Both the position numbers and the translations under genes were made by a program. This document shows positions 42,763-55,188 of a stretch of DNA of 64,000 nucleotides, in pieces. Position 1 is the stretch's first letter; the number at the start of each line of letters is the position of its first letter. The stretch is from assembly GCF_003018255.1 (NCBI RefSeq), contig NZ_CP027440.1; one strand, written 5' to 3'. The notes below the pieces were generated by a model. It searched no databases. It was not told where the DNA came from and saw nothing but the letters and a program-made list of their open reading frames with translations. Source of the DNA: Escherichia coli. GTDB lineage: Bacteria > Pseudomonadota > Gammaproteobacteria > Enterobacterales > Enterobacteriaceae.

Positions 42763-45700
42763 TGCAGGTGTTACCCCCGAGCAGCACAGGCGGCCCGTCG
42801 CGCCTGTTTATTATGCGTCCTGTCGCCACCACGCTGCTGATGGTGGCGATCTTACTCGCCGGGATTATCGGTTATCGAGCCCTGCCCGTTTCGGCGCTGC
42901 CGGAAGTGGACTATCCGACCATTCAGGTAGTCACGCTCTACCCAGGTGCGAGCCCGGATGTCATGACCTCTGCCGTTACCGCGCCGCTTGAACGCCAGTT
43001 TGGGCAGATGTCTGGCCTGAAACAGATGTCGTCGCAAAGTTCCGGCGGTGCGTCAGTTATCACTTTGCAGTTCCAGCTAACATTACCGCTCGATGTCGCC
43101 GAGCAGGAAGTGCAGGCCGCGATTAACGCTGCGACCAACTTGTTGCCGAGCGATCTGCCTAACCCGCCGGTTTACAGCAAAGTGAACCCGGCAGATCCGC
43201 CGATCATGACGCTCGCTGTCACCTCAACCGCCATGCCGATGACGCAAGTGGAAGATATGGTGGAAACCCGCGTCGCGCAGAAAATCTCGCAGATTTCCGG
43301 CGTCGGCCTGGTGACACTTTCCGGCGGTCAGCGTCCGGCTGTTCGCGTCAAACTTAACGCTCAGGCGATTGCCGCCCTCGGCCTGACCAGCGAAACCGTG
43401 CGCACCGCCATTACCGGCGCTAACGTCAACTCGGCAAAAGGTAGCCTCGACGGCCCTTCTCGTGCGGTTACGCTTTCCGCTAACGACCAGATGCAATCCG
43501 CCGAAGAGTATCGCCAGCTAATCATCGCCTACCAGAACGGCGCGCCGATTCGTCTGGGCGATGTCGCAACCGTAGAGCAAGGTGCAGAAAACAGCTGGCT
43601 TGGCGCATGGGCTAACAAAGAACAGGCCATTGTGATGAATGTTCAGCGCCAGCCCGGTGCTAACATTATCTCCACCGCCGACAGCATTCGGCAGATGCTG
43701 CCACAGCTCACCGAGAGTCTGCCGAAATCGGTGAAGGTGACGGTACTTTCTGACCGTACCACCAATATTCGCGCATCCGTGGATGATACTCAGTTTGAAT
43801 TGATGATGGCTATCGCGCTGGTAGTCATGATTATCTACCTGTTTTTGCGTAATATTCCGGCGACCATCATTCCCGGCGTCGCAGTGCCGCTGTCGTTAAT
43901 CGGCACCTTCGCGGTCATGGTGTTTCTCGATTTTTCAATCAATAACCTGACGCTGATGGCGTTAACTATCGCCACCGGATTTGTGGTCGATGACGCCATC
44001 GTGGTGATCGAAAACATTTCCCGCTATATCGAAAAAGGCGAAAAACCGCTGGCGGCGGCGCTCAAAGGCGCAGGTGAAATCGGTTTTACCATTATCTCGC
44101 TGACCTTCTCGCTGATTGCAGTGCTGATCCCGCTACTGTTTATGGGCGATATCGTCGGGCGACTGTTCCGCGAATTTGCTATTACTCTGGCAGTCGCGAT
44201 TTTGATCTCAGCCGTGGTGTCGCTGACCCTGACACCGATGATGTGTGCGCGGATGCTCAGCCAGGAGTCGCTGCGTAAACAGAACCGCTTCTCCCGTGCC
44301 TCGGAAAAAATGTTCGACAGGATAATCGCCGCCTATGGTCAGGGACTTGCGAAAGTGCTGAATCATCCGTGGCTGACCTTAAGCGTGGCGCTCAGCACGC
44401 TGCTGCTTAGCGTGCTGTTGTGGGTGTTCATTCCGAAAGGTTTCTTCCCGGTACAGGACAACGGCATTATTCAGGGCACTTTGCAGGCACCGCAATCCAG
44501 CTCCTTTACCAATATGGCCCAGCGGCAACGCCAGGTCGCGGATGTGATTTTGCAAGATCCGGCGGTGCAAAGTCTGACCTCATTTGTTGGCGTTGATGGC
44601 ACTAACCCGTCGCTGAACAGTGCGCGTTTGCAGATCAACCTCAAACCGTTGGATGAACGTGATGATCGGGTGCAAAAAGTCATCGCCCGCCTGCAAACGG
44701 CGGTGGATAAAGTGCCGGGCGTCGATCTCTTCCTGCAACCAACGCAGGACCTGACCATCGATACTCAGGTCAGCCGCACCCAGTACCAGTTTACCTTGCA
44801 GGCCACGTCACTGGATGCGCTCAGTACCTGGGTGCCACAGTTGATGGAAAAACTCCAGCAACTGCCACAGCTTTCTGATGTCTCCAGCGACTGGCAGGAC
44901 AAAGGGCTGGTGGCGTATGTCAATGTTGATCGCGACAGCGCCAGCCGTCTGGGGATCAGCATGGCGGACGTCGATAACGCCCTTTACAACGCGTTTGGTC
45001 AGCGACTGATTTCCACTATTTATACTCAGGCCAACCAGTATCGCGTGGTGCTGGAGCACAACACCGAAAATACTCCTGGGCTTGCGGCGCTGGATACTAT
45101 TCGCCTGACCAGCAGCGACGGCGGCGTGGTACCGCTAAGCTCAATTGCCAAAATTGAGCAGCGTTTTGCGCCGCTTTCCATCAACCATCTGGATCAGTTC
45201 CCGGTAACGACCATCTCCTTTAACGTGCCGGATAACTATTCGCTGGGCGATGCGGTGCAGGCGATTATGGACACCGAAAAGACGCTGAATCTGCCGGTGG
45301 ATATCACCACGCAGTTCCAGGGCAGCACCCTCGCCTTCCAGTCGGCGTTGGGCAGCACTGTCTGGCTGATTGTCGCGGCGGTGGTGGCGATGTATATCGT
45401 GCTCGGCATTCTGTACGAGAGCTTTATTCACCCGATCACCATTCTCTCGACGCTACCCACCGCAGGGGTCGGCGCACTGCTGGCGTTACTGATTGCCGGT
45501 AGCGAGCTGGATGTGATTGCGATTATCGGCATTATTTTGCTGATCGGTATCGTGAAGAAGAACGCCATCATGATGATCGACTTCGCGCTGGCTGCTGAGC
45601 GCGAGCAAGGCATGTCGCCGCGCGATGCAATCTACCAGGCTTGTCTGTTGCGTTTTCGTCCGATCCTGATGACCACCCTGGCGGCTCTGCTTGGCGCGCT

Positions 45701-45884
45701 GCCGCTGATGTTGAGTACCGGGGTCGGCGCGGAACTGCGTCGTCCGTTAGGTATCGGCATGGTCGGCGGTCTGATTGTCAGCCAGGTGCTGACGCTGTTC
45801 ACCACGCCGGTGATTTATCTGCTATTCGACCGCCTGGCATTGTGGACCAAAAGCCGCTTTGCTCGTCATGAAGAGGAGGCGTAA
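42762..45884 (+). CDS. mdtB: RND efflux transporter MdtB
   Basis: 1040 aa ORF; ATG overlaps the mdtA TGA by 1 bp. Confidence 0.92.
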   Translation: MQVLPPSSTGGPSRLFIMRPVATTLLMVAILLAGIIGYRALPVSALPEVDYPTIQVVTLYPGASPDVMTSAVTAPLERQFGQMSGLKQMSSQSSGGASVITLQFQLTLPLDVAEQEVQAAINAATNLLPSDLPNPPVYSKVNPADPPIMTLAVTSTAMPMTQVEDMVETRVAQKISQISGVGLVTLSGGQRPAVRVKLNAQAIAALGLTSETVRTAITGANVNSAKGSLDGPSRAVTLSANDQMQSAEEYRQLIIAYQNGAPIRLGDVATVEQGAENSWLGAWANKEQAIVMNVQRQPGANIISTADSIRQMLPQLTESLPKSVKVTVLSDRTTNIRASVDDTQFELMMAIALVVMIIYLFLRNIPATIIPGVAVPLSLIGTFAVMVFLDFSINNLTLMALTIATGFVVDDAIVVIENISRYIEKGEKPLAAALKGAGEIGFTIISLTFSLIAVLIPLLFMGDIVGRLFREFAITLAVAILISAVVSLTLTPMMCARMLSQESLRKQNRFSRASEKMFDRIIAAYGQGLAKVLNHPWLTLSVALSTLLLSVLLWVFIPKGFFPVQDNGIIQGTLQAPQSSSFTNMAQRQRQVADVILQDPAVQSLTSFVGVDGTNPSLNSARLQINLKPLDERDDRVQKVIARLQTAVDKVPGVDLFLQPTQDLTIDTQVSRTQYQFTLQATSLDALSTWVPQLMEKLQQLPQLSDVSSDWQDKGLVAYVNVDRDSASRLGISMADVDNALYNAFGQRLISTIYTQANQYRVVLEHNTENTPGLAALDTIRLTSSDGGVVPLSSIAKIEQRFAPLSINHLDQFPVTTISFNVPDNYSLGDAVQAIMDTEKTLNLPVDITTQFQGSTLAFQSALGSTVWLIVAAVVAMYIVLGILYESFIHPITILSTLPTAGVGALLALLIAGSELDVIAIIGIILLIGIVKKNAIMMIDFALAAEREQGMSPRDAIYQACLLRFRPILMTTLAALLGALPLMLSTGVGAELRRPLGIGMVGGLIVSQVLTLFTTPVIYLLFDRLALWTKSRFARHEEEA

Positions 45885-48800
45885 GTGAAGTTTTTTGCCC
45901 TCTTCATTTACCGCCCGGTGGCGACGATTTTACTGTCGGTCGCCATTACCCTGTGCGGCATACTGGGTTTCCGTATGCTGCCAGTCGCCCCGCTGCCGCA
46001 GGTCGATTTTCCGGTGATTATGGTCAGCGCCTCGCTGCCCGGTGCGTCACCAGAAACAATGGCGTCTTCCGTTGCCACGCCGCTGGAACGTTCGCTTGGA
46101 CGCATTGCCGGGGTCAGTGAAATGACCTCCAGCAGTTCGCTCGGCAGCACGCGCATTATTTTGCAGTTTGATTTTGACCGCGATATCAACGGCGCAGCGC
46201 GCGATGTGCAAGCGGCGATCAACGCCGCGCAAAGTTTGCTGCCCAGCGGGATGCCAAGCCGTCCGACCTATCGCAAAGCGAACCCGTCGGATGCGCCAAT
46301 TATGATCCTCACGCTGACATCCGATACTTATTCGCAGGGTGAACTGTACGATTTCGCCTCGACGCAGCTGGCTCCGACGATTTCGCAAATCGACGGTGTC
46401 GGTGATGTCGATGTTGGCGGCAGCTCACTGCCCGCCGTACGCATCGGGCTGAATCCGCAGGCGCTGTTTAATCAGGGCGTGTCGCTGGACGATGTGCGCA
46501 GCGCCATCAGCAATGCCAACGTGCGTAAGCCGCAGGGGGCGCTGGAAGATGATACCCATCGCTGGCAGATCCAGACTAACGATGAACTGAAAACCGCCGC
46601 CGAATATCAGCCGTTGATTATTCATTACAACAACGGCGGCGCGCTTCGTCTGGGCGATGTGGCGACGGTGACCGACTCGGTGCAGGATGTGCGCAACGCC
46701 GGGATGACCAACGCCAAACCGGCTATTTTGCTGATGATCCGCAAGCTGCCGGAAGCCAATATTATCCAGACGGTTGACAGCATCCGGGCAAAATTACCGG
46801 AGTTGCAGGAGACCATTCCGGCGGCGATTGATCTGCAAATTGCCCAGGATCGCTCCCCCACCATTCGCGCCTCGCTGGAGGAAGTCGAGCAAACGCTGAT
46901 TATCTCGGTGGCGCTGGTGATTCTGGTGGTCTTTTTATTCCTGCGCTCGGGTCGCGCCACTATTATTCCCGCCGTTGCGGTGCCGGTTTCGCTGATTGGT
47001 ACGTTTGCGGCGATGTACCTGTGCGGATTCAGTCTCAATAACCTTTCGTTAATGGCGCTCACCATCGCTACTGGTTTCGTGGTGGATGACGCCATCGTGG
47101 TGCTGGAAAACATTGCCCGTCACCTGGAAGCGGGGATGAAACCGCTACAGGCCGCGCTGCAAGGCACTCGCGAAGTCGGTTTTACGGTGCTGTCGATGAG
47201 TCTGTCACTGGTGGCGGTGTTTCTGCCGCTGCTGTTGATGGGCGGATTGCCGGGTCGCCTGTTACGCGAGTTTGCCGTGACGCTTTCTGTCGCCATTGGT
47301 ATTTCGCTGCTGGTTTCTCTGACGCTAACGCCAATGATGTGCGGCTGGATGCTAAAAGCCAGTAAGCCGCGCGAGCAAAAGCGACTACGTGGTTTTGGTC
47401 GCATGTTGGTAGCCCTGCAACAAGGCTATGGTAAGTCGCTGAAATGGGTGCTTAATCATACCCGTCTGGTGGGCGTGGTGCTGCTTGGCACCATTGCTTT
47501 GAATATCTGGCTGTATATCTCGATCCCGAAAACCTTCTTCCCGGAGCAGGACACCGGCGTGTTGATGGGCGGGATACAGGCGGATCAGAGTATTTCGTTT
47601 CAGGCGATGCGCGGTAAGTTGCAGGATTTTATGAAAATTATCCGTGACGATCCGGCAGTGGATAATGTCACCGGATTTACCGGCGGTTCGCGGGTGAACA
47701 GCGGGATGATGTTTATCACGCTGAAGCCACGCGGCGAACGCAGCGAAACGGCGCAGCAAATTATCGACCGTCTGCGCGTGAAGCTGGCGAAAGAACCGGG
47801 GGCGAATCTGTTCCTGATGGCGGTACAGGATATTCGCGTTGGCGGACGTCAGTCGAACGCCAGCTATCAGTACACGTTGCTGTCCGACGACCTGGCGGCA
47901 CTGCGCGAATGGGAGCCGAAAATTCGCAAAAAACTGGCGACATTGCCGGAACTGGCGGACGTGAACTCCGACCAGCAGGATAACGGCGCGGAGATGAATC
48001 TGGTTTACGACCGCGACACCATGGCACGGCTGGGAATCGACGTGCAGGCCGCCAACAGCCTGTTAAATAACGCCTTCGGTCAGCGACAAATCTCGACCAT
48101 TTACCAGCCGATGAACCAGTATAAAGTGGTGATGGAAGTGGATCCGCGCTATACCCAGGACATCAGTGCGCTGGAAAAAATGTTCGTTATCAATAACGAA
48201 GGAAAAGCGATCCCGCTGTCGTATTTCGCTAAATGGCAACCGGCGAATGCTCCGCTGTCGGTGAATCATCAGGGATTATCGGCAGCCTCGACCATCTCGT
48301 TCAACCTGCCGACCGGGAAATCGCTCTCGGACGCCAGTGCGGCGATCGATCGCGCAATGACCCAGCTTGGTGTGCCTTCGACGGTGCGCGGTAGTTTTGC
48401 CGGCACGGCGCAGGTGTTCCAGGAGACGATGAACTCGCAGGTGATCCTGATTATCGCCGCCATCGCCACGGTGTATATCGTGCTGGGTATCCTTTACGAG
48501 AGTTACGTACATCCGCTGACGATTCTCTCCACCCTGCCCTCGGCGGGCGTTGGAGCGCTGCTGGCGCTGGAGCTGTTCAATGCCCCGTTCAGCCTAATCG
48601 CCCTGATAGGGATCATGCTATTAATCGGCATCGTGAAGAAAAACGCCATTATGATGGTCGATTTTGCGCTTGAAGCCCAACGGCACGGTAACCTCACGCC
48701 GCAGGAAGCTATTTTCCAGGCCTGTCTGCTGCGTTTTCGCCCGATTATGATGACTACCCTGGCGGCGCTGTTTGGCGCGCTGCCGCTGGTATTGTCGGGC

Positions 48801-48962
48801 GGTGACGGTTCGGAGCTGCGGCAACCCCTGGGGATCACCATTGTCGGCGGTCTGGTCATGAGCCAGCTTCTGACGCTGTATACCACGCCGGTGGTGTATC
48901 TCTTTTTCGACCGTCTGCGACTGCGTTTTTCGCGTAAACCTAAACAAGCGGTAACCGAGTAA
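45885..48962 (+). CDS. mdtC: RND efflux transporter MdtC
   Basis: 1025 aa ORF, paralogous to MdtB. Confidence 0.92.
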   Translation: MKFFALFIYRPVATILLSVAITLCGILGFRMLPVAPLPQVDFPVIMVSASLPGASPETMASSVATPLERSLGRIAGVSEMTSSSSLGSTRIILQFDFDRDINGAARDVQAAINAAQSLLPSGMPSRPTYRKANPSDAPIMILTLTSDTYSQGELYDFASTQLAPTISQIDGVGDVDVGGSSLPAVRIGLNPQALFNQGVSLDDVRSAISNANVRKPQGALEDDTHRWQIQTNDELKTAAEYQPLIIHYNNGGALRLGDVATVTDSVQDVRNAGMTNAKPAILLMIRKLPEANIIQTVDSIRAKLPELQETIPAAIDLQIAQDRSPTIRASLEEVEQTLIISVALVILVVFLFLRSGRATIIPAVAVPVSLIGTFAAMYLCGFSLNNLSLMALTIATGFVVDDAIVVLENIARHLEAGMKPLQAALQGTREVGFTVLSMSLSLVAVFLPLLLMGGLPGRLLREFAVTLSVAIGISLLVSLTLTPMMCGWMLKASKPREQKRLRGFGRMLVALQQGYGKSLKWVLNHTRLVGVVLLGTIALNIWLYISIPKTFFPEQDTGVLMGGIQADQSISFQAMRGKLQDFMKIIRDDPAVDNVTGFTGGSRVNSGMMFITLKPRGERSETAQQIIDRLRVKLAKEPGANLFLMAVQDIRVGGRQSNASYQYTLLSDDLAALREWEPKIRKKLATLPELADVNSDQQDNGAEMNLVYDRDTMARLGIDVQAANSLLNNAFGQRQISTIYQPMNQYKVVMEVDPRYTQDISALEKMFVINNEGKAIPLSYFAKWQPANAPLSVNHQGLSAASTISFNLPTGKSLSDASAAIDRAMTQLGVPSTVRGSFAGTAQVFQETMNSQVILIIAAIATVYIVLGILYESYVHPLTILSTLPSAGVGALLALELFNAPFSLIALIGIMLLIGIVKKNAIMMVDFALEAQRHGNLTPQEAIFQACLLRFRPIMMTTLAALFGALPLVLSGGDGSELRQPLGITIVGGLVMSQLLTLYTTPVVYLFFDRLRLRFSRKPKQAVTE

Positions 48963-50378
48963 ATGACAGATCTTCCCGACAGCACCCGCTGGCAATTGTG
49001 GATTGTGGCTTTCGGCTTCTTTATGCAGTCGCTGGACACCACCATCGTTAACACCGCGCTTCCCTCAATGGCGCAAAGCCTCGGGGAAAGTCCGTTGCAT
49101 ATGCACATGGTCATTGTCTCTTATGTACTGACCGTGGCGGTGATGCTGCCCGCCAGCGGCTGGCTGGCGGACAAAGTCGGCGTGCGCAATATTTTCTTTA
49201 CCGCCATCGTGCTGTTTACTCTCGGTTCACTGTTTTGCGCGCTTTCCGGCACGCTGAACGAACTGTTGCTGGCACGCGCGTTACAGGGCGTTGGCGGCGC
49301 GATGATGGTGCCGGTCGGCAGGTTGACGGTGATGAAAATCGTACCGCGCGAGCAATATATGGCGGCGATGACCTTTGTCACGCTGCCCGGTCAGATCGGG
49401 CCGCTGCTTGGCCCGGCGCTCGGCGGTCTGCTGGTGGAGTACGCATCGTGGCACTGGATCTTTTTGATCAACATTCCGGTGGGGATTATTGGCGCGATCA
49501 CCACACTGATGTTAATGCCGAACTACACCATGCAGACGCGGCGCTTTGATCTCTCCGGCTTTTTATTGCTGGCGGTTGGCATGGCGGTATTAACCCTGGC
49601 GCTGGACGGCAGTAAAGGTACAGGTTTATCGCCGCTGGCGATTGCTGGCCTGGTCGCAGTTGGCGTGGTGGCACTGGTGCTTTATCTGCTGCACGCCAGA
49701 AATAACAACTGCGCCCTGTTCAGTCTGAAACTGTTCCGTACTCGTACCTTTTCGCTGGGTCTGGCGGGGAGTTTTGCCGGACGTATCGGTAGCGGCATGT
49801 TGCCCTTTATGACGCCGGTTTTCCTACAAATTGGCCTTGGCTTCTCACCGTTTCATGCCGGACTGATGATGATCCCGATGGTGCTCGGCAGCATGGGGAT
49901 GAAGCGAATTGTGGTACAGGTAGTGAATCGCTTTGGTTATCGTCGGGTACTGGTGGCGACCACGCTGGGTCTGTCGCTGGTCACCCTGTTGTTTATGACT
50001 ACTGCTCTGCTGGGCTGGTACTACGTTTTGCCGTTCGTCCTGTTTTTACAAGGGATGGTCAACTCGACCCGTTTCTCCTCCATGAACACCCTGACGCTGA
50101 AAGATCTCCCGGACAATCTGGCGAGCAGCGGCAACAGTCTGCTGTCGATGATTATGCAATTGTCGATGAGTATCGGCGTCACTATCGCCGGGCTGTTGCT
50201 GGGACTTTTTGGTTCACAGCATGTCAGCATCGACAGCGGCACCACACAAACCGTCTTTATGTACACCTGGCTTAGCATGGCGTTGATCATCGCCCTTCCG
50301 GTGTTTGTCTTTGCCAGAGTGCCGAGCGATACGCATCAAAATGTAGCTATTTCACGGCGAAAAAGGAGCGCGCAATGA
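48963..50378 (+). CDS. mdtD: MFS transporter MdtD
   Basis: 471 aa polytopic membrane ORF. Confidence 0.9.
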   Translation: MTDLPDSTRWQLWIVAFGFFMQSLDTTIVNTALPSMAQSLGESPLHMHMVIVSYVLTVAVMLPASGWLADKVGVRNIFFTAIVLFTLGSLFCALSGTLNELLLARALQGVGGAMMVPVGRLTVMKIVPREQYMAAMTFVTLPGQIGPLLGPALGGLLVEYASWHWIFLINIPVGIIGAITTLMLMPNYTMQTRRFDLSGFLLLAVGMAVLTLALDGSKGTGLSPLAIAGLVAVGVVALVLYLLHARNNNCALFSLKLFRTRTFSLGLAGSFAGRIGSGMLPFMTPVFLQIGLGFSPFHAGLMMIPMVLGSMGMKRIVVQVVNRFGYRRVLVATTLGLSLVTLLFMTTALLGWYYVLPFVLFLQGMVNSTRFSSMNTLTLKDLPDNLASSGNSLLSMIMQLSMSIGVTIAGLLLGLFGSQHVSIDSGTTQTVFMYTWLSMALIIALPVFVFARVPSDTHQNVAISRRKRSAQ

Positions 50379-51778
50379 AGTTCTGGCGACCCGGTATTAC
50401 CGGCAAACTGTTTCTGGCGATTTTCGCCACCTGCATTGTCTTGCTGATCAGTATGCACTGGGCGGTGCGTATCAGTTTTGAGCGTGGCTTTATCGATTAC
50501 ATCAAGCATGGTAATGAACAACGGCTGCAAATGCTCGGCGATGCGCTTGGTGAGCAGTACGCCCAGCACGGGAACTGGCGCTTCCTGCGTAATAACGATC
50601 GCTTTGTATTTCAGATCCTACGTTCACTGGAGCATGATAACAACGAAGATAAGCCCGGCCCCGGTATGCCACCACACGGCTGGCGCACGCAATTTTGGGT
50701 GGTTGATCAAAATAATAAAGTGCTGGTTGGCCCGCGAGCACCGGTTCCACCCGACGGCACACGGCGGCCCATTATGGTCAATGGTGCGGAAGTTGGCGCG
50801 GTGATCGCCTCCCCTGTTGAACGACTGACCCGTAATACTGATATCAATTTTGACAGACAACAGCGGCAAACCAGTTGGCTGATTGTGGCTTTATCTACCT
50901 TATTAGCGGCGCTGGCGACATTCCCACTGGCGCGCGGTTTGCTGGCTCCGGTAAAACGACTGGTGGATGGCACGCACAAACTGGCAGCGGGTGATTTCAC
51001 TACTCGCGTAGCCCCCACCAGCGAAGATGAGTTGGGCAGACTGGCAGAGGATTTCAATCAACTCGCCAGCACACTGGAGAAAAACCAGCAGATGCGCCGC
51101 GATTTTATGGCCGATATTTCTCATGAACTGCGCACGCCTTTAGCAGTACTGCGCGGCGAACTGGAAGCCATTCAGGATGGTGTGCGTAAATTCACGCCGG
51201 AGACGCTGGCTTCTTTACAGGCGGAGGTCGGTACACTGACCAAACTGGTTGACGATCTTCATCAGTTGTCGATGTCTGATGAAGGCGCTCTCGCCTATCA
51301 AAAAGCACCGGTAGATTTGATCCCACTGCTGGAAGTGGCGGGCGGCGCATTTCGCGAACGATTTGCCAGCCGTGGCCTGAAACTGCAATTTTCCCTGCCA
51401 GACAGTATTACCGTATTTGGCGATCGCGATCGTTTAATGCAGTTGTTCAATAACTTACTGGAAAACAGCCTGCGCTACACTGACAGCGGCGGCAGCCTGA
51501 AAATCTCTGCCGAGCAGCACGACAAAACGGTGCGCCTGACCTTTGCCGACAGCGCGCCGGGCGTCAGTGACGATCAGCTACAAAAATTGTTTGAACGTTT
51601 TTATCGCACCGAAGGTTCCCGCAACCGTGCCAGCGGCGGTTCCGGGCTGGGACTCGCGATTTGCCTGAACATTGTTGAAGCACATAATGGCCGCATTATT
51701 GCTGCCCATTCGCCTTTTGGCGGGGTAAGCATTACAGTAGAGTTACCGCTGGAACGGGATTTACAGAGAGAAGTATGA
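50375..51778 (+). CDS. baeS: envelope-stress sensor histidine kinase BaeS
   Basis: 467 aa ORF with HAMP region, H-box ([10 protein letters not shown]) and HATPase domain; 4-bp overlap with mdtD. Confidence 0.92.
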   Translation: MKFWRPGITGKLFLAIFATCIVLLISMHWAVRISFERGFIDYIKHGNEQRLQMLGDALGEQYAQHGNWRFLRNNDRFVFQILRSLEHDNNEDKPGPGMPPHGWRTQFWVVDQNNKVLVGPRAPVPPDGTRRPIMVNGAEVGAVIASPVERLTRNTDINFDRQQRQTSWLIVALSTLLAALATFPLARGLLAPVKRLVDGTHKLAAGDFTTRVAPTSEDELGRLAEDFNQLASTLEKNQQMRRDFMADISHELRTPLAVLRGELEAIQDGVRKFTPETLASLQAEVGTLTKLVDDLHQLSMSDEGALAYQKAPVDLIPLLEVAGGAFRERFASRGLKLQFSLPDSITVFGDRDRLMQLFNNLLENSLRYTDSGGSLKISAEQHDKTVRLTFADSAPGVSDDQLQKLFERFYRTEGSRNRASGGSGLGLAICLNIVEAHNGRIIAAHSPFGGVSITVELPLERDLQREV

Positions 51779-52497
51779 CCGAGTTACCAATCGACGAAAA
51801 CACACCGCGTATTTTGATCGTGGAAGATGAACCGAAGCTGGGACAGTTGCTCATTGATTATCTGCGTGCCGCGAGCTATGCGCCGACGCTTATCAGCCAC
51901 GGCGATCAGGTACTGCCGTATGTGCGCCAGACACCACCGGATCTGATCCTGTTGGATCTGATGCTCCCTGGCACCGATGGCCTGACGCTGTGCCGGGAAA
52001 TTCGTCGTTTTTCTGACATTCCGATCGTGATGGTGACGGCAAAAATCGAAGAGATCGACCGCCTGCTGGGGCTGGAGATTGGCGCCGATGACTACATCTG
52101 CAAGCCGTACAGCCCACGGGAAGTGGTAGCGCGTGTCAAAACCATTTTGCGCCGTTGTAAACCGCAACGCGAACTTCAGCAACAGGATGCCGAAAGCCCG
52201 TTGATGATCGACGAAGGTCGTTTTCAGGCTTCATGGCGCGGTAAAATGCTTGACCTGACGCCTGCGGAATTTCGTCTGCTGAAAACGCTCTCTCATGAAC
52301 CAGGAAAAGTGTTCTCCCGCGAGCAATTGCTCAATCATCTTTATGACGACTACCGCGTAGTAACCGACCGCACCATCGATAGCCACATTAAAAACCTGCG
52401 CCGCAAGCTGGAATCTCTCGACGCCGAACAGTCATTTATCCGTGCCGTTTACGGTGTCGGTTACCGCTGGGAAGCCGACGCCTGCCGCATCGTTTAG
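51775..52497 (+). CDS. baeR: OmpR-family response regulator BaeR
   Basis: 240 aa ORF with receiver and winged-helix domains; 4-bp overlap with baeS. Confidence 0.92.
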   Translation: MTELPIDENTPRILIVEDEPKLGQLLIDYLRAASYAPTLISHGDQVLPYVRQTPPDLILLDLMLPGTDGLTLCREIRRFSDIPIVMVTAKIEEIDRLLGLEIGADDYICKPYSPREVVARVKTILRRCKPQRELQQQDAESPLMIDEGRFQASWRGKMLDLTPAEFRLLKTLSHEPGKVFSREQLLNHLYDDYRVVTDRTIDSHIKNLRRKLESLDAEQSFIRAVYGVGYRWEADACRIV

Positions 52498-52687
52498 TTT
52501 TAGCGACATGACTTTGTTAGCCGGAGATGGCGTTCAGATCAGATCCGGCAACATTATCCCACGTATGGTCAGCAAACTGACATTATCTCTCCGCCCTGGC
52601 AGGCACCAGAAAATCGCTCATACTTTAATCGGTAAACAGCACCTTTAGATGCTGTTTTCGATACGCAATTTCAATCAAGGAGTCATT

Positions 52688-53020
52688 ATGGCTGGTTGGT
52701 TTGAACTCAGTAAGAGCAGTGATAATCAATTCCGGTTTGTGCTAAAAGCGGGCAATGGTGAGACTATCCTCACCAGCGAGCTGTATACCTCAAAAGCCTC
52801 TGCGGAAAAGGGCATCGCGTCGGTGCGTAGCAACAGCCCGCAAGAAGAACGCTATGAGAAAAAAACGGCAAGCAATGGCAAATTCTATTTCAATCTGAAA
52901 GCCGCCAATCATCAAATTATCGGCTCCAGCCAGATGTATGCCACCGCGCAATCTCGTGAAACCGGAATTGCCTCCGTTAAAGCAAATGGCACAAGCCAGA
53001 CGGTGAAAGACAATACGTAA
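52688..53020 (+). CDS. yegP: DUF1508-family protein YegP (two tandem internal repeats)
   Basis: 110 aa from MAGWFELSKSSDNQFRF...; SD aaggag 8 nt upstream; track ORF extends further upstream to 52649. Confidence 0.85.
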   Translation: MAGWFELSKSSDNQFRFVLKAGNGETILTSELYTSKASAEKGIASVRSNSPQEERYEKKTASNGKFYFNLKAANHQIIGSSQMYATAQSRETGIASVKANGTSQTVKDNT

Positions 53021-53167
53021 TTACGATGCCGGGCGCGTGTTGTTGGCGTCCGGCGCTTTACCAGCTCCCCCCTACAGCGCTACAATGCCCGCCCTTAAAG
53101 TGGGGGCACTCCCCTGGCCGCTTCATCAGGTGAAGCGGATCTGACCTGTCATCAGAACGAGAGAATT

Positions 53168-54529
53168 ATGTTTAAACCGGAACTCCTTTCCCCGGCGGGA
53201 ACGCTGAAAAATATGCGTTACGCTTTCGCTTATGGCGCAGATGCTGTTTATGCGGGCCAGCCGCGTTACTCCCTGCGTGTGCGCAACAACGAATTCAACC
53301 ACGAAAATCTTCAGCTCGGCATCAATGAAGCCCACGCGCTGGGGAAAAAGTTTTATGTCGTGGTCAACATTGCACCGCACAACGCCAAGCTGAAAACCTT
53401 TATCCGTGACCTGAAACCGGTGGTGGAAATGGGGCCGGATGCGCTAATAATGTCCGATCCAGGGCTGATTATGCTGGTGCGTGAGCACTTCCCTGAAATG
53501 CCGATCCATCTCTCGGTACAGGCTAACGCCGTGAACTGGGCGACGGTGAAATTCTGGCAGCAAATGGGACTGACCCGCGTGATCCTCTCTCGCGAGCTGT
53601 CGCTGGAAGAGATTGAAGAGATCCGCAATCAGGTGCCAGATATGGAGGTAGAGATCTTCGTTCACGGCGCGCTGTGCATGGCCTACTCTGGTCGCTGCCT
53701 GCTCTCTGGCTACATCAACAAGCGCGATCCGAATCAGGGCACCTGCACTAACGCCTGCCGCTGGGAGTACAACGTCCAGGAAGGCAAAGAAGATGACGTT
53801 GGCAACATCGTACACAAGTACGAGCCAATTCCGGTGCAAAATGTTGAGCCGACGCTGGGTATCGGCGCACCAACTGACAAAGTGTTTATGATCGAAGAAG
53901 CCCAGCGTCCGGGCGAGTATATGACCGCGTTTGAAGATGAGCACGGCACTTACATCATGAACTCGAAAGATCTGCGCGCCATCGCCCATGTAGAACGCCT
54001 GACCAAAATGGGCGTGCATTCGCTGAAAATCGAAGGTCGTACCAAATCTTTCTACTATTGCGCACGCACCGCGCAGGTTTACCGTAAAGCTATCGATGAC
54101 GCCGCTGCGGGAAAACCATTCGATACCAGCCTGCTGGAAACTCTGGAAGGTCTGGCGCATCGTGGCTATACCGAAGGTTTCCTGCGTCGTCATACTCACG
54201 ACGATTATCAGAACTACGAATACGGTTATTCAGTTTCTGACCGCCAGCAGTTTGTTGGTGAGTTTACCGGTGAGCGCAAGGGCGACCTCGCGGCGGTAGC
54301 GGTGAAAAATAAATTCTCCGTTGGCGACAGTCTTGAGCTGATGACGCCGCAAGGGAACATTAACTTTACCCTTGAGCATATGGAAAACGCCAAAGGTGAA
54401 GCTATGCCGGTCGCACCAGGCGATGGTTATACTGTGTGGATCCCGGTGCCGCAGGATCTTGAGCTAAATTACGCGCTGCTGATGCGTAATTTCTCCGGGG
54501 AAACCACGCGTAACCCCCACGGTAAGTGA
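53168..54529 (+). CDS. yegQ: U32-family peptidase-like protein YegQ (tRNA hydroxylation protein TrhP)
   Basis: 453 aa ORF (MFKPELLSPAGTLKNMRYAFAYGADAVYAG...). Confidence 0.9.
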   Translation: MFKPELLSPAGTLKNMRYAFAYGADAVYAGQPRYSLRVRNNEFNHENLQLGINEAHALGKKFYVVVNIAPHNAKLKTFIRDLKPVVEMGPDALIMSDPGLIMLVREHFPEMPIHLSVQANAVNWATVKFWQQMGLTRVILSRELSLEEIEEIRNQVPDMEVEIFVHGALCMAYSGRCLLSGYINKRDPNQGTCTNACRWEYNVQEGKEDDVGNIVHKYEPIPVQNVEPTLGIGAPTDKVFMIEEAQRPGEYMTAFEDEHGTYIMNSKDLRAIAHVERLTKMGVHSLKIEGRTKSFYYCARTAQVYRKAIDDAAAGKPFDTSLLETLEGLAHRGYTEGFLRRHTHDDYQNYEYGYSVSDRQQFVGEFTGERKGDLAAVAVKNKFSVGDSLELMTPQGNINFTLEHMENAKGEAMPVAPGDGYTVWIPVPQDLELNYALLMRNFSGETTRNPHGK

Positions 54530-54561
54530 TTAATTTCGATTATTTTTCCCGGATGGAAAAT

Positions 54562-54583
54562 TCTTAGAAACCGATCACATACA
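54562..54583 (+). promoter_or_regulatory. candidate CRP site centred near -41.5 of the cyaR promoter
   Basis: Perfect TCACA half-site with the other half degenerate; -10 TATCAT at 54601-54606; CyaR is known to be CRP-activated. Confidence 0.45.
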
Positions 54584-54613
54584 GCTGCATTTATTAAGGT
54601 TATCATCCGTTTC

Positions 54614-54700
54614 GCTGAAAAACATAACCCATAAAATGCTAGCTGTACCAGGAACCACCTCCTTAGCCTGTGTAATCTCCCTTACACGGGCTTATTTTTT
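54614..54700 (+). ncRNA. cyaR: CyaR (RyeE) Hfq-dependent sRNA
   Basis: 87-nt sequence gctgaaaaacataacccataaaatgctagctgtaccaggaaccacctccttagcctgtgtaatctcccttacacgggcttatttttt matches recalled CyaR, including terminator hairpin and U-tail. Confidence 0.88.
54674..54700. other. bacteriophage P2 attB core (locI), unoccupied
   Basis: Reverse complement is AAAAAATAAGCCCGTGTAAGGGAGATT, the 27-bp P2 att core as I recall it; overlaps the CyaR terminator. Confidence 0.55.
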
Positions 54701-54870
54701 ATACATAAACCATAGAGACGGATTGATCCCAGGTCACCGTCTTCCATTGACCACATCGATAGAATCTCCCTTCATAGCACGATGCCTTTCACGTAACGGC
54801 ATCGTGCTCGCACAGGTTCCGGCTAAGCACAACCAGAACGCGGATGTTTGACGCTTACCAAAAAATATTC

Positions 54871-55188
54871 TCACTCTCCACATTTGAATGTCAGACGAGC
54901 GACGCCATGTAATCCTGCACCTTCTGTCTTCAGGTCAACTATCTGCATTTTTTTGCCCTGAGTAACACAGAAATGAACTGCATCATTTTTTACTATATTT
55001 TCTGCACCAGATATTCTACCCCTGGCTAAAGAAGCTTCGGCTTCGGTGTAGTATTGGTTATCGAGTTTACGCTGAATATTACTTTTATATGCAAGACCAA
55101 ATTTACCGATACTTGTCTCATCATTATGTACAGCACACCCAGACATAAGAAAAACACTAATTAATGATATAGCAGCTATCTTTTTCAT
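54871..55188 (-). CDS. yegR: small lipoprotein YegR
   Basis: 105 aa from MKKIAAISLISVFLMSGC (lipobox); track ORF extends upstream to 55248. Confidence 0.75.
   Translation of the reverse strand: MKKIAAISLISVFLMSGCAVHNDETSIGKFGLAYKSNIQRKLDNQYYTEAEASLARGRISGAENIVKNDAVHFCVTQGKKMQIVDLKTEGAGLHGVARLTFKCGE

Noticed and set aside
52634-52658. Hairpin aaacagc...gctgttt upstream of yegP as possible baeR terminator
   Set aside because: Stem is short and the T-run is part of the stem rather than a 3' tail; not convincing as an intrinsic terminator.
53444-54199. 251 aa minus-strand ORF
   Set aside because: Antisense to yegQ.
54636-54851. 71 aa plus-strand ORF at the position where K-12 carries ogrK
   Set aside because: Overlaps the CyaR sRNA and lacks the Cys-rich zinc-finger pattern of Ogr-type proteins; considered spurious.
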